Shown here: piece after piece, positions 16,253 to 26,081 of the stretch
How the letters are laid out: each line of letters starts with the position of its first letter
Numbering within the stretch: the first letter of the stretch is position 1
NCBI GenBank assembly: GCA_947629475.1
Contig: CANRDV010000003.1
Span: 1-48,088, forward strand
Reading direction: 5' to 3'
DNA: 48,088 nt
From: an uncultured Bacilli bacterium
Lineage (GTDB): Bacteria; Bacillota_I; Bacilli_A; RF39; UBA660
The notes under the pieces: generated by a model
What the model was told of the DNA's origin: nothing
Databases searched by the model: none
Seen by the model: only the letters and a program-made list of their open reading frames with translations
Made by a program: the position numbers and the translations under genes

Positions 16253-19200
16253 ATGTTTAAAGAATTAGAAAATGTTAAAACAAGTGAAGTAGAAAGTGAA
16301 ATTAGTAAAAAGTGGGAGAAGATGAAGATTCTTGATAGATGTCTTGAGAAAGATGAGAACTTTGTTTTCTATGATGGACCTGCAACAGCCAATGGTTTTC
16401 CAGGACTACATCATATGGTTGCTAAGTTTTTAAAGGATAGTTTTTGTAAATATAAAACGATGCAAGGTTATAAAGTCTTAAGAAAAGTAGGTTGGGATAC
16501 TCATGGACTACCAGTTGAAGTTGAAGTTGAAAAAACTTTAGGTTTCAAGAATAAAAATGATATTGAAAAATATGGTATTAAAGAATTTAATGAGAAATGT
16601 CGAGAGATTGTTTGGAAAAATGAAAAAGCTTTCTCAGATTTAACAACCAAGATGGGGCAATTCATTGATTTAGAGCATCCTTATGTAACTTATGATAATA
16701 ATTATATTGAAACCGAATGGTATATTTTAAAGAAATTCTTTGATGAAGGCTTATTTTATGAAGGAGTTAAAGTTGTACCTTACTGTACTAGATGTGGAAC
16801 CGGACTAGCTTCTCATGAAGTTGCTCAAGGTTATAAAGAAATTGAAGCCCAAACAGTCATTGTTCCTATGAAAAAGAAAGATGAAGATGTATATTTCCTA
16901 GTTTGGACAACTACTCCTTGGACACTAATTTCGAATGTTGCTTTATGTGTTAATCCTGAATATGATTATGTTAAGGTTGAAAGTCAAGGTTATAAATTTA
17001 TTCTTGCTGAAGCTTTAGTTAGTAAAGTTCTTGGAGATGATGTTAAAGTTCTTGAAAAATATAAAGGAAAAGACTTAGAATATATAGAATACGAACAATT
17101 AATTCCAAGTTTGAAAGTTAATAAAAAAGCTTTCTATGTAACTTTAGCTGACTATGTAACAATTGAAGATGGAACTGGTATTGTTCATATTGCACCAGCT
17201 TTTGGGGAAGATGACTCTAAAGTTGGAAGAAAATATGATTTACCATACCTTAACCCAGTTGGTGAAGATGGATGTTATACAGAAGGTATTTGGAAAGGTT
17301 TAAATGTCTTTGAAGCCGACCTTGAAGTTATTAAATATTTAAAAGAAAATGACAAACTATTTAAAAAACAAAAAATGTTACACAACTATCCACATTGTTG
17401 GAGATGTGGAACTCCACTTTTATATTATTCTAAACCAAGTTTCTATTTAGATGTTACAAAACTAAAAGATAAAATCATTGAAGCTAATAAAACGGTTAAT
17501 TGGTATCCTGCTTATGTTGGAGAAAAAAGATTTGGTAATTGGCTTGAAAATTTAAATGATTGGGCAATATCCAGAAGTAGATATTGGGGAACGCCACTTC
17601 CTCTTTGGAGGTGTGAATGTGGTCATGATGAAATGATTGGTTCAAGGAAAGAATTAGTGGAAAAAGCTATTGAAAAAATCGATGAAACTATTGAATTACA
17701 TCGTCCATATGTTGATGATATTCATATAAAATGTCCAAAGTGTGGTAAAACAATGAATAGAGTTTCAGATGTAATTGATTGTTGGTTTGATTCAGGTTCA
17801 ATGCCATTTGCACAATATCACTATCCATTTGAAAATCAAGAATTATGGGAGTCTCAATTTCCAGCTGACTTTATCTGTGAAGGAATTGACCAAACAAGAG
17901 GATGGTTCTATTCGCTTCTTGTTATCTCTGTTTTCTTAAAAGGAGTTTCCCCTTACAAGAATGTCTTAGTAAATGACTTACTTCTTGATAAAGATGGTAA
18001 AAAGATGAGTAAATCAAAAGGAAACATTGTTGAACCATTTACAACTATTGAAAAATATGGAGCCGATACAGTTAGATTTTATCTTCCATATGTATCTCCC
18101 GTTTGGACGCCTTTAAAATTTGATGAAGAAGGCTTAAAAGAAGTATATTCTAAATTCTTTAATCCTCTTCTAAATACTTATACTTTCTTCCAAACCTATG
18201 CGAACATTGATAAACTAGACCCAAGAGAATTTGAAGTTAACTATAATGATTTAGAAGAAATAGATAAATGGTTATTATCAAAATATAATAAATTATTAAA
18301 ATATGTAACGGAAAGTTATGATGAATATGATTTAAATAAAGTCGTTAAAGCTTTAGTTACCTTTGTATCTGATGATTTATCTAATTGGTATATAAGAAGA
18401 AATAGGAATAGATTCTGGGCAAGTAGTCTTGATAATAGTAAAAAGGCTGTTTATAAAACGACATACGATGTTTTAGTTGGACTTTCTAAAATGATAGCAC
18501 CAATTGTTCCATTTGTCTCTGAAAATTTATACACTAAACTAACCGATGAAGAATCTGTTCACTTAGCAAGTTTTCCTAAATACAATGAAGCTCAAATTGA
18601 CCTTAAGATAGAAGAAAAAATGGATACCGTGAGAGACCTAATTTCTTTAGGAAGAAAAGTAAGAGAAGATGTTAAGATAAAGGTTCGGGAACCATTAAGT
18701 GAAGTAATCCTTGATTCTAAACTTGAAAGTATAATCGGAGACTTAACTGATTTAATTAAAGAAGAATTAAATGTTAAAGAAATTAACTTTGAAAATGATT
18801 TAGATAAGTATATTAATTATGAAATTAAACCAAACTTTAAAGTATGTGGAAAATTATTTGGTTCAAGTATTAAAAACTTCCAAGAATATTTAAAAAATCT
18901 TGATAAAGAAACAATTAATAAATTAAATCAAGGAGAAACTATTTCAATTACCCTAGATAATAAAGATTATGAAATAGACGCGGAAATGTTAGATATAAGA
19001 GTTAATTCAAAAGAAGGATACAACACAGGTATTAATAATAACTTATTTATTATCTTAAATACAACTTTAACTCCTGAACTAATTAATGAAGGAATTGCTC
19101 GAGAATTAGTTAGTAAAGTTCAACAATTAAGAAAGAATAAAGAGTTTAATATAACAGATAGAATTTATATTTATTATTATAGTGATACTGATTTACTTGC

Positions 19201-19330
19201 TAAATTAGATAAGTTTATTGACTTTATTAAGAAAGAAACTTTATGTGATACTTTAATTAAAGAAAAAAAAGTCGATGATATAACTAATTTAAATGGTATA
19301 GATGTATATCTAGACGTTGAAAGAGTTTAA
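16253..19330 (+). CDS. ileS: Isoleucine--tRNA ligase, type 2 (eukaryote-like IleRS2)
   Basis: FYDGPATANGFPGLHH, GWDTHGLPVE, WTTTPWTL, GTGIVH, DWAISRSRYWGTP, EGIDQTRGWF, KMSKS. IleRS2-type C-terminus (EGIARELV...QQLRK). Confidence 0.97.
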   Translation: MFKELENVKTSEVESEISKKWEKMKILDRCLEKDENFVFYDGPATANGFPGLHHMVAKFLKDSFCKYKTMQGYKVLRKVGWDTHGLPVEVEVEKTLGFKNKNDIEKYGIKEFNEKCREIVWKNEKAFSDLTTKMGQFIDLEHPYVTYDNNYIETEWYILKKFFDEGLFYEGVKVVPYCTRCGTGLASHEVAQGYKEIEAQTVIVPMKKKDEDVYFLVWTTTPWTLISNVALCVNPEYDYVKVESQGYKFILAEALVSKVLGDDVKVLEKYKGKDLEYIEYEQLIPSLKVNKKAFYVTLADYVTIEDGTGIVHIAPAFGEDDSKVGRKYDLPYLNPVGEDGCYTEGIWKGLNVFEADLEVIKYLKENDKLFKKQKMLHNYPHCWRCGTPLLYYSKPSFYLDVTKLKDKIIEANKTVNWYPAYVGEKRFGNWLENLNDWAISRSRYWGTPLPLWRCECGHDEMIGSRKELVEKAIEKIDETIELHRPYVDDIHIKCPKCGKTMNRVSDVIDCWFDSGSMPFAQYHYPFENQELWESQFPADFICEGIDQTRGWFYSLLVISVFLKGVSPYKNVLVNDLLLDKDGKKMSKSKGNIVEPFTTIEKYGADTVRFYLPYVSPVWTPLKFDEEGLKEVYSKFFNPLLNTYTFFQTYANIDKLDPREFEVNYNDLEEIDKWLLSKYNKLLKYVTESYDEYDLNKVVKALVTFVSDDLSNWYIRRNRNRFWASSLDNSKKAVYKTTYDVLVGLSKMIAPIVPFVSENLYTKLTDEESVHLASFPKYNEAQIDLKIEEKMDTVRDLISLGRKVREDVKIKVREPLSEVILDSKLESIIGDLTDLIKEELNVKEINFENDLDKYINYEIKPNFKVCGKLFGSSIKNFQEYLKNLDKETINKLNQGETISITLDNKDYEIDAEMLDIRVNSKEGYNTGINNNLFIILNTTLTPELINEGIARELVSKVQQLRKNKEFNITDRIYIYYYSDTDLLAKLDKFIDFIKKETLCDTLIKEKKVDDITNLNGIDVYLDVERV

Positions 19331-19336
19331 AAATGC

Positions 19337-19365
19337 TTGACTTTGTAGTTGAAATTTGATACAAT
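19337..19365 (+). promoter_or_regulatory. Sigma-A promoter (extended -10)
   Basis: TTGACT (19337-19342), 17 bp, TGa-TACAAT (19360-19365). Confidence 0.7.
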
Positions 19366-19371
19366 TTTAAT

Positions 19372-19506
19372 GACGGGAATTAGTATAGAGCCTAGCTTCG
19401 GCGACCTATCCTTGTAGGTTAAACGAAATAATAGAAGACACATTGCCCAATCCAAGTTGGGCAGCTACTAGAGAAGAATAGTAATTTGTATTATTGTTCT
19501 TTTTTT
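19372..19506 (+). ncRNA. Candidate structured ncRNA (about 135 nt) with complementary hairpin loops
   Basis: Locally GC-richer. Hairpins 19403-19420 and 19444-19463, terminator 19475-19506, own promoter. Confidence 0.6.
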
Positions 19507-19532
19507 GATATAATATACCTTGTGGTGATAGA

Positions 19533-20393
19533 ATGGGAATTTTATATATAGTTGCAACTCCTATTGGTAATTTAGGAGATATTACCAATAGAGCAATTGA
19601 AGTATTAAAAAGTGTTGATTTAATTTTATGTGAAGATACAAGAACTTCTAAACCTTTATTAAATCATTATGAAATAAAAACTAAGTTAGAGTCATATCAT
19701 AAATTTAATGAAATAGAAAAGAGTAGAGATGTTATCAATAAGCTAAAAAGTGGACTTAATATAGCCTTGATAACCGATGCTGGAACTCCTTGTATTTCAG
19801 ACCCTGGTAGTATTTTAGTTCGTGATGCAATTAATGAGGAAATAGAAATTTATTCAATTCCTGGAGCATCTGCGGTAATTACAGCTTTAACTTTATCAGG
19901 ACTTCCTTTAAGTAACTTTGCTTTCTATGGCTTCTTAGAAAGAAAGAATAGTTTACAAAGAAAAGAATTATTAAAAATAAAAGAAAATGATATTGCAACT
20001 TTAGTCTTTTATGAATCACCTAAAAGAATTGTCGAAACATTAGAAAATATCAAAGAAACTTTAGATAATCCTTATATAGTTTTAGTAAATGATTTAACTA
20101 AAAAGTTTGAACGAAAATACTATGGAAATGTCTCTCAAGTAATTAAAGAACTTGAAGAAAATCCTAATCATGAATTAGGAGAATATGTTTTAGTTGTTTC
20201 TAAAAATGTTCAAGAAACTAAGAAAAAGGAATGCGAAACTTCAATTGAGGGATTATTAATTGATAAAATGCTTAAAGAAAAATGTACTATGAAAGATGCG
20301 ATTAAATTACTTTCTTTAGAATATAAAGATAAATATAGTAAAAATGAAATTTATAATGCTTCTTTAAATATAAAAAAACTTCTTGAAAAATAG
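19533..20393 (+). CDS. rsmI: 16S rRNA (cytidine1402-2'-O)-methyltransferase RsmI
   Basis: LYIVATPIGNLGDIT, CEDTR, DAGTPCISDPG, PGASA, FYESPKR, LTKKFE. Confidence 0.95.
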   Translation: MGILYIVATPIGNLGDITNRAIEVLKSVDLILCEDTRTSKPLLNHYEIKTKLESYHKFNEIEKSRDVINKLKSGLNIALITDAGTPCISDPGSILVRDAINEEIEIYSIPGASAVITALTLSGLPLSNFAFYGFLERKNSLQRKELLKIKENDIATLVFYESPKRIVETLENIKETLDNPYIVLVNDLTKKFERKYYGNVSQVIKELEENPNHELGEYVLVVSKNVQETKKKECETSIEGLLIDKMLKEKCTMKDAIKLLSLEYKDKYSKNEIYNASLNIKKLLEK

Positions 20394-20398
20394 AAGTT

Positions 20399-20713
20399 TT
20401 AATTTTTTAAATCATTTAATTCTTGAGTTAGAGTAGTAAGTTTTTCAGTTATTTTTTGACTTTCCTCGGTTTCTAATTTATACCAACCCTTCCTAAACAT
20501 TAATTCGTATACTTCTCGTTGTAAATTAGATAGTTTAAGGAATGTATCAAGGTGGGCTTTATATAAATGTTCGGAGCTCGCTTCAGTCATTGCAATTACA
20601 TAATTCTTTTCCATATCTTTAAGAGATGAAAGTAAACTATTTAAATAATCTTTTTCATTTAATTCCATTCCTTTTGGAACTTTTACTTCTTTATTTTCAA
20701 TTTTCTTCCCCAT
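20399..20713 (-). CDS. Spore coat protein, Coat F domain
   Basis: LNEKDYL...LKDM...Y..AMTEAS...LQREVYELMFRKGWY. Confidence 0.8.
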   Translation of the reverse strand: MGKKIENKEVKVPKGMELNEKDYLNSLLSSLKDMEKNYVIAMTEASSEHLYKAHLDTFLKLSNLQREVYELMFRKGWYKLETEESQKITEKLTTLTQELNDLKN

Positions 20714-20924
20714 TAAAGCCTCCTAATAAATTTAAAATAGTATGCAAATTTTCATCAAATAATTTACAAGATTTTTTTAAGATACTTGTAATTTCTTCAT
20801 CTTGAACTTTAGGAATACTAGCATTTGTATTTTTAAGAACACCAATATTCCATTCAAACATATCACTTAAATAATCTAAATCTTTACCTGTTATAATATT
20901 TGGTACTTCCATATATTTTTCCAT
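20697..20924 (-). CDS. Small spore-coat-associated protein
   Basis: PNIITGKDLDYLSDMFEWN. Overlaps and precedes the Coat F gene. RBS AAAGGAG. Confidence 0.6.
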   Translation of the reverse strand: MEKYMEVPNIITGKDLDYLSDMFEWNIGVLKNTNASIPKVQDEEITSILKKSCKLFDENLHTILNLLGGFNGEEN

Positions 20925-20941
20925 ATGTCTCCTTTCATTTT

Positions 20942-20977
20942 TATTATGTTAGAGTTTTTTATTTTTAAACATATAAT
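20942..20977. promoter_or_regulatory. Overlapping divergent sporulation-sigma-like promoters
   Basis: Minus strand GTTTA (20970-20966), 17 bp, CATAATA (20948-20942), SigG-like. Plus strand CATATAAT (20970-20977), SigE/K -10-like. Confidence 0.45.
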
Positions 20978-20997
20978 TAATTAAATGGAAGTGGTTT

Positions 20998-21276
20998 ATG
21001 AGATTAATTCCTAATACTACCCCTGAATTATTTTCTTTAAGTGCTGTTATCGTAGGGTATTTATTAATTGATGATATGACAGCCAATGAACAAAATGCTC
21101 TTGGTAACTGGTTAATGTTAGTAGGTCAACTTGTATCCACGAATGCATACTATGCTGCAGTTGTAACTGAGAGAAACGGGGAAACTAAATTTAATAATCA
21201 AGATACTTTAAGAATGCTAGAAAAAATGTTAAAAGCCTTAGAAAAAGAAGTAAATGATATTAAGAAAAATCTTTAA
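20998..21276 (+). CDS. Small hypothetical protein
   Basis: 92-aa ORF with motif EQNALGNWLMLVGQ and a C-terminal coiled coil. Confidence 0.6.
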   Translation: MRLIPNTTPELFSLSAVIVGYLLIDDMTANEQNALGNWLMLVGQLVSTNAYYAAVVTERNGETKFNNQDTLRMLEKMLKALEKEVNDIKKNL

Positions 21277-21281
21277 GTTTA

Positions 21282-22457
21282 TTATTTATAAAGAATATCA
21301 ATGTCAACATCTCCCTTAACTCCATCAATTCTTCCGGTATTACAAAGTTGCCAAATTTGATAATTACCTTTATAATCAGTTTTAGTTGTATAATGAGCAA
21401 GCCAAACAGGATAATCTTTTAAAGACCAAATAGTCTCAAGATAAAACTTACTACTATAAAGCATACCTTGATAACCTTTTTCTTGTACTCGTTCAATAAA
21501 TGACTTAGCTATTTCATTAATTTCATGAAAACTAATTTTAAAAGTATTCCAATTTTCCCAACTTTCCCAGTCAAAGACAATAGGTAAGTCTAATTTTTCA
21601 TCACCTAAAGTATCAAGAACAAAATCTGCTTGATTAATGGCTTCTTTCTTAGAAGTTGCAATACTATATAAATAAACTCCAACTTTAAGACCGACTTCTT
21701 TTGCTTTTTTAATATTTTCTTTATAATAAGTATCAACACTTAATTCCCTATTTGTTGATTGAACTCCAAGTCGCATCAAAACAAAAGTAGCCCCAGCTTC
21801 CTTTACCTTTTTAAAATCAATATCTTCTTGCCATCTGGAAATATCAAGACCTATTTCTGTATTATCTTTCTTATGTTCTTTATAGACATCTTTAAAATAA
21901 ACTGTTTTTCTTTTAGAAGTAGTAGAAGTATTACTTTTCTTTACAACATTTAAAGTAACATCAAGAACCTTACTATTATTACTACTATCTTTTAAAGTAT
22001 AAATAAGTTTATAACTTCCTAATTTACTTAAATCATAATTACCTTCAATTTTACAATCAATATCTCCAGTATAATTATCTCCATAACTAATTAAATTACA
22101 TAAATCTTTATCATAATTAAGAGGAACACTTTTTACAGTACCACTAAAAACAAGTGGAGGAGTAGTATCTTTAATTTCAATATTATCTTTATAAACATAT
22201 TTTTTATCATTATTAGTATAATATACTTTTATTTCTTTTTTACCTAACTTATCAGTATCTATCTTAGTATCTAAATTACTTACTTTAATATCTTTATTTT
22301 TAATATTAACAATATCATTTAACTTAATATCATCATATACTTCAATAATATTATTCTTTAATTCCAAATAATCATTACTATTATCTTCATAAATAACTTC
22401 CTTTTTAGTACAACCAACAACTAAAAATAATAATAAACAAAACTTTAAATATTTCAT
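21282..22457 (-). CDS. Lipoprotein with Ig-like repeats and GH25 muramidase domain
   Basis: Lipobox LVVGC, DTTPP/DSSNN Ig-like motifs, GH25 motifs GLDISRWQ, GVYLYS, PIVFDWE, WLAHY, WQ, GDVDID. Confidence 0.88.
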   Translation of the reverse strand: MKYLKFCLLLFLVVGCTKKEVIYEDNSNDYLELKNNIIEVYDDIKLNDIVNIKNKDIKVSNLDTKIDTDKLGKKEIKVYYTNNDKKYVYKDNIEIKDTTPPLVFSGTVKSVPLNYDKDLCNLISYGDNYTGDIDCKIEGNYDLSKLGSYKLIYTLKDSSNNSKVLDVTLNVVKKSNTSTTSKRKTVYFKDVYKEHKKDNTEIGLDISRWQEDIDFKKVKEAGATFVLMRLGVQSTNRELSVDTYYKENIKKAKEVGLKVGVYLYSIATSKKEAINQADFVLDTLGDEKLDLPIVFDWESWENWNTFKISFHEINEIAKSFIERVQEKGYQGMLYSSKFYLETIWSLKDYPVWLAHYTTKTDYKGNYQIWQLCNTGRIDGVKGDVDIDILYK

Positions 22458-22690
22458 AATTCCTCCGTTATAATTAATTTTATCCGAATATTAATCATTT
22501 AATACATTTATTATATATTATTTTTTCTAATAAGAAAATAGATTTAAGTAATTTAAAATAATAATTTTTCTTTTAATTGCATAATAAAGTTATATATTTA
22601 TTAATTTAATTCCCAAAAAAAATAATAAAAAAAGATTGTATTTTAATTAATTTTATTGTATACTTATTATAGTAAAGGAGAGTAGTAGAT

Positions 22691-23449
22691 ATGGAAGAAA
22701 AAAAGGATAATAAAGGGCTTTTAATTGGAATAATTGCTTTTGTTGCAGGAGTTGCTTTTATAGCATATGGAACTATTAGTTTATTAAGTTCTAAACCAGA
22801 ACCAAATCCACCAGTTGATAATAATGATAGTGGTGAAAATAGTGATGGACCAAGTATTTCTGTAACTGATACAGATGTTAAAAACTTTTTAACTGATAAT
22901 TCTAAGTTAATTGAATATTTTACAGATTATAATGCTGATTTTGATTTAGGAGCAGCAGACCCAGTTAGTATGAGTGATGTATTTGGTTGGAGTTTTGTTT
23001 ACTTATATAATCATGGTGAAGGTGAAAAACTAAGTGATAGTAAGTATACTACTAAGTATACAATGCCAAGTGCTGATGCTGATACATTTATGCGAAATTA
23101 TTTTGGAATACCTGCATCTATAATTGATGTTACTAAAATTGATTTTAGTAAAGAAGTTTTCAATTTTACAAGTGATGAAGAAAACTATTATGTTGAAGTT
23201 TCAAATACTAATCTAGACCCTATTCAAAATTGTGTTCTTGATGATGTTAACATTGTATCTGATAGTGAAATAATTGTTACTTATGGAGTTATGGAATTAG
23301 ATAAAACTTGTGAAGATAAGAGTGATGATTGTTATACAAAAAAGCGTGAATTAAAATTACGTAAATCAGATAATGGCTTTACAATTTTAACAGCAAGTGA
23401 TGTTAAAGAAGAAAATAATAATGAAAGTGAGACTGGAGAGGAAAACTAA
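22691..23449 (+). CDS. N-terminally anchored acidic surface protein
   Basis: MEEKKDNK, a single TM helix, an N/D/S/P linker and an acidic extracellular domain. Confidence 0.7.
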   Translation: MEEKKDNKGLLIGIIAFVAGVAFIAYGTISLLSSKPEPNPPVDNNDSGENSDGPSISVTDTDVKNFLTDNSKLIEYFTDYNADFDLGAADPVSMSDVFGWSFVYLYNHGEGEKLSDSKYTTKYTMPSADADTFMRNYFGIPASIIDVTKIDFSKEVFNFTSDEENYYVEVSNTNLDPIQNCVLDDVNIVSDSEIIVTYGVMELDKTCEDKSDDCYTKKRELKLRKSDNGFTILTASDVKEENNNESETGEEN

Positions 23450-24141
23450 TGGAAGAGAAAAATAATTTAAAAAATATTATAATAGGAGTTTTAATAGTAA
23501 TAATTATCTTGTTAATAGCTTATATTGTATATGATAAAGTTATAGAAAAAGATGTTCCTAATAATGAAGTTACTGAAAATACTCCAAATAATGAAAATAG
23601 TAATAATGAAGATGATAATAATTCAGAAAAAAATCCTTCAAATGAAAATATTACTAAAGAAAAAATTGAAGAATTTTTAGCATTAATGGTAGGAGATTCA
23701 GAAAAATCTTATAATAACATTGAGGAAGTTGCAGCATATGGACATTCTGAATATGGTGATTTTATTAGAATTATTAGAATGTTATTATCTTTAAATAAAT
23801 ATGAATTAGAAAATAATAATTATGTGTTTTCTGATACTGATGTTAAAGAATATGCTAAAAAGTATTTTAATTTAGATAATTTTGTGTATAATACAAGTGA
23901 TGACAATGCTTTTACATATGAAAATGGTAAATATAAATCTACTTTAGCACTTGGACTTTATGAAGAAGGTGAAGTTATTCATAAAAAACCTGTAGTTAAT
24001 AACATAGATATTAATGATAATGAGGTTACTGTAACATGTAATATTGAAACTCAAAGATTTTCAACAACTGAAAATAATACTTATACAATTATTTTAGAAG
24101 TTAAAGATAATGATTATATAATCAATAAAATAAGTAAATGA
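23449..24141 (+). CDS. N-terminally anchored acidic surface protein
   Basis: MEEKNN, TM helix ending YDK, N/E-rich linker. Coupled to the previous gene by a TAATG overlap. Confidence 0.7.
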   Translation: MEEKNNLKNIIIGVLIVIIILLIAYIVYDKVIEKDVPNNEVTENTPNNENSNNEDDNNSEKNPSNENITKEKIEEFLALMVGDSEKSYNNIEEVAAYGHSEYGDFIRIIRMLLSLNKYELENNNYVFSDTDVKEYAKKYFNLDNFVYNTSDDNAFTYENGKYKSTLALGLYEEGEVIHKKPVVNNIDINDNEVTVTCNIETQRFSTTENNTYTIILEVKDNDYIINKISK

Positions 24142-24152
24142 TAATAGAAATG

Positions 24153-24183
24153 AAGAGTTAGAGTGATATCTAATTCTTTTTTT
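24153..24183 (+). terminator. Intrinsic terminator
   Basis: AAGAGTTAGA-gtgata-TCTAATTCTT followed by a T-run. Confidence 0.65.
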
Positions 24184-24215
24184 GTATAAAATTACCATTT
24201 TAGTAAATAATAAAA

Positions 24216-24671
24216 GTGGTGAATGGTATGGAAAAGAAATTATATAACAAATTAGTAATGGAACATAAACCTAAAGAAAAAAGAGGTCAATATGCTTTTA
24301 TTGCTTTTGTAGTTGGTGGTTTAATGGGAGTTCTTGGTCAATTATTGGTTGAGTTTTATTCATATTACTTAGGATTATCTTCAAGTGATGCGTCAGTATT
24401 CATGATAGTAACCCTTATCTTCTTGGCAAGTTTATTTACAGCTTTAGGATTTTTTGATAAATGGGTTAAATTTGCTAGATGTGGTCTTATTATTCCAATT
24501 ACCGGATTTGCTCATTCAATGACAAGTGCTGCGATTGAGTATAAAAAGGAAGGATTTGTAACAGGGTTGGGCGCTAATATGTTTAAGTTAGCTGGAACCG
24601 TTATAATATATGGAGTAGTATCAGCCTATATCTTTGGCTTTTTAAGATTAATTATCATGGGAGGGGCTTAA
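24216..24671 (+). CDS. spoVAC: Stage V sporulation protein AC
   Basis: AFVVGGLMGVLGQ, IPITGFAHS, EYKKEG, GANMFKLAG. The start may be ATG 24228. Confidence 0.9.
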   Translation: MVNGMEKKLYNKLVMEHKPKEKRGQYAFIAFVVGGLMGVLGQLLVEFYSYYLGLSSSDASVFMIVTLIFLASLFTALGFFDKWVKFARCGLIIPITGFAHSMTSAAIEYKKEGFVTGLGANMFKLAGTVIIYGVVSAYIFGFLRLIIMGGA

Positions 24672-24672
24672 G

Positions 24673-25668
24673 ATGACAACAAAATATAAAAATGTTTATA
24701 TAGAAAATGTTGCAACAGTAGTTGGACCATATGAGACCAAAGGACCTCTTGCTAAAAGATTTGATAAGAAGTATACAGATATGTATTTTAATAAAGATAG
24801 TTTAGAATCTGCGGAAGTAAAATTGATGAGTGATAGTATAGACTTAGTTTTAAAAAAATCGAAGAAAGAAAAGTCAGATGTTGATGTTTTTATAGCCGGA
24901 GACTTACAAAATCAAATAACAGCTAGTTGCTATGCGGCAAGAGAACTTGAAAGACCTTTCTTAGGAATTTTTAGTGCCTGTGCTACTAATACAGAAGGTT
25001 TAATAATCGGAGCCAATTTAATCGAAAGTAAGACATGCGATAATGTTATGGTAAGCGTTAGTAGTCATAATATGGTTGCTGAAAAACAATTTAGAAATCC
25101 AACTGAATATGGTGCTCCTAAGCCTGGAACTGCTACTTTCACAGCAACGGGAGGAGCAAGTTGTTTGTTAACGGACTCTAAAAGTAAAGTTAGAATTGAA
25201 GCATCAACTATTGGAACACCTGTTGACTTTGCTCAAAATGACCCACTTAATATGGGAAGTGTCATGGCACCTGCAGCCGCCCAGACAATTTATAAACACT
25301 TAAGTGATTTAGATAGAACAATTGATGATTATGATTTAATTTTAACTGGTGATTTAGGAGTATATGGTAAAGAAATTTTAAGAGATTACTTAAAGAAAGA
25401 ATATAATATTGATTTACAAAATAAATACAATGATTGTGGTGTTATGTTATATGATTTAGATAAACAAAAAGATGTTCAAGCAGGAGGTTCAGGACCTGTT
25501 TGTAGCGCTTTAGTAGTTTATTCAGATATAATTAAAAAACTTGAAAATAAAGAATTAAAAAGAGTTTTATATGTAGCAACGGGAGCTTTATTTAATCCAA
25601 CGATGGTATTTCAAAAAGAAAATATTTTAAGTATAGCCCATGCAGTAAGTTTGGAGAGTGACTTATGA
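24673..25668 (+). CDS. spoVAD: Stage V sporulation protein AD
   Basis: GPYETKGPL, AGDLQNQ, SSHNMVAEKQFRNPTEYG, MGSVMAPAA, TGDLG, GGSG, ATGAL, IAHAV. Confidence 0.93.
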   Translation: MTTKYKNVYIENVATVVGPYETKGPLAKRFDKKYTDMYFNKDSLESAEVKLMSDSIDLVLKKSKKEKSDVDVFIAGDLQNQITASCYAARELERPFLGIFSACATNTEGLIIGANLIESKTCDNVMVSVSSHNMVAEKQFRNPTEYGAPKPGTATFTATGGASCLLTDSKSKVRIEASTIGTPVDFAQNDPLNMGSVMAPAAAQTIYKHLSDLDRTIDDYDLILTGDLGVYGKEILRDYLKKEYNIDLQNKYNDCGVMLYDLDKQKDVQAGGSGPVCSALVVYSDIIKKLENKELKRVLYVATGALFNPTMVFQKENILSIAHAVSLESDL

Positions 25669-26015
25669 TATATATATATTCGTTTTTATTCGCAGGAGCA
25701 GTTTGCTTAATTGCTGAACTTATCTTAGATAATACAAAACTAACTCCTGGTCATATTACTAGTTTATTTGTTATAATTGGAGCAGCTCTTGATATCTTTG
25801 ATATCTACGATTTAATTGTTGCTCATGTTGGAGCTGGAGCCTTAGTTCCTATTACTTCATTTGGACATTTATTAATTCATGGAGGGTTAGTCAGAGCCAG
25901 TGAAGTTGGGTATATGGGACTTGCCATGGGTGTCTTTGATTTAACAGCATCAGGTATTACCTCAGCTATCTTCTTTGCCTTTATATTCTCATTATTCTTT
26001 AGACCAAAAGATTAG
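25665..26015 (+). CDS. spoVAE: Stage V sporulation protein AE (SpoVAEb)
   Basis: TKLTPGHI, GAGALVPITSFGH, LTASGITSA, FRPK. Confidence 0.88.
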   Translation: MIYIYSFLFAGAVCLIAELILDNTKLTPGHITSLFVIIGAALDIFDIYDLIVAHVGAGALVPITSFGHLLIHGGLVRASEVGYMGLAMGVFDLTASGITSAIFFAFIFSLFFRPKD

Positions 26016-26081
26016 ACAAGTTATGTAAAGTTACTTGTCTTTTTTAGACACTAGTGCTATTATAATTCTCAGGTGGTTTAA

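Noticed and set aside
21282-22457. GH25 enzyme as a prophage endolysin
   Set aside because: It has a lipoprotein signal and no holin or phage genes nearby.
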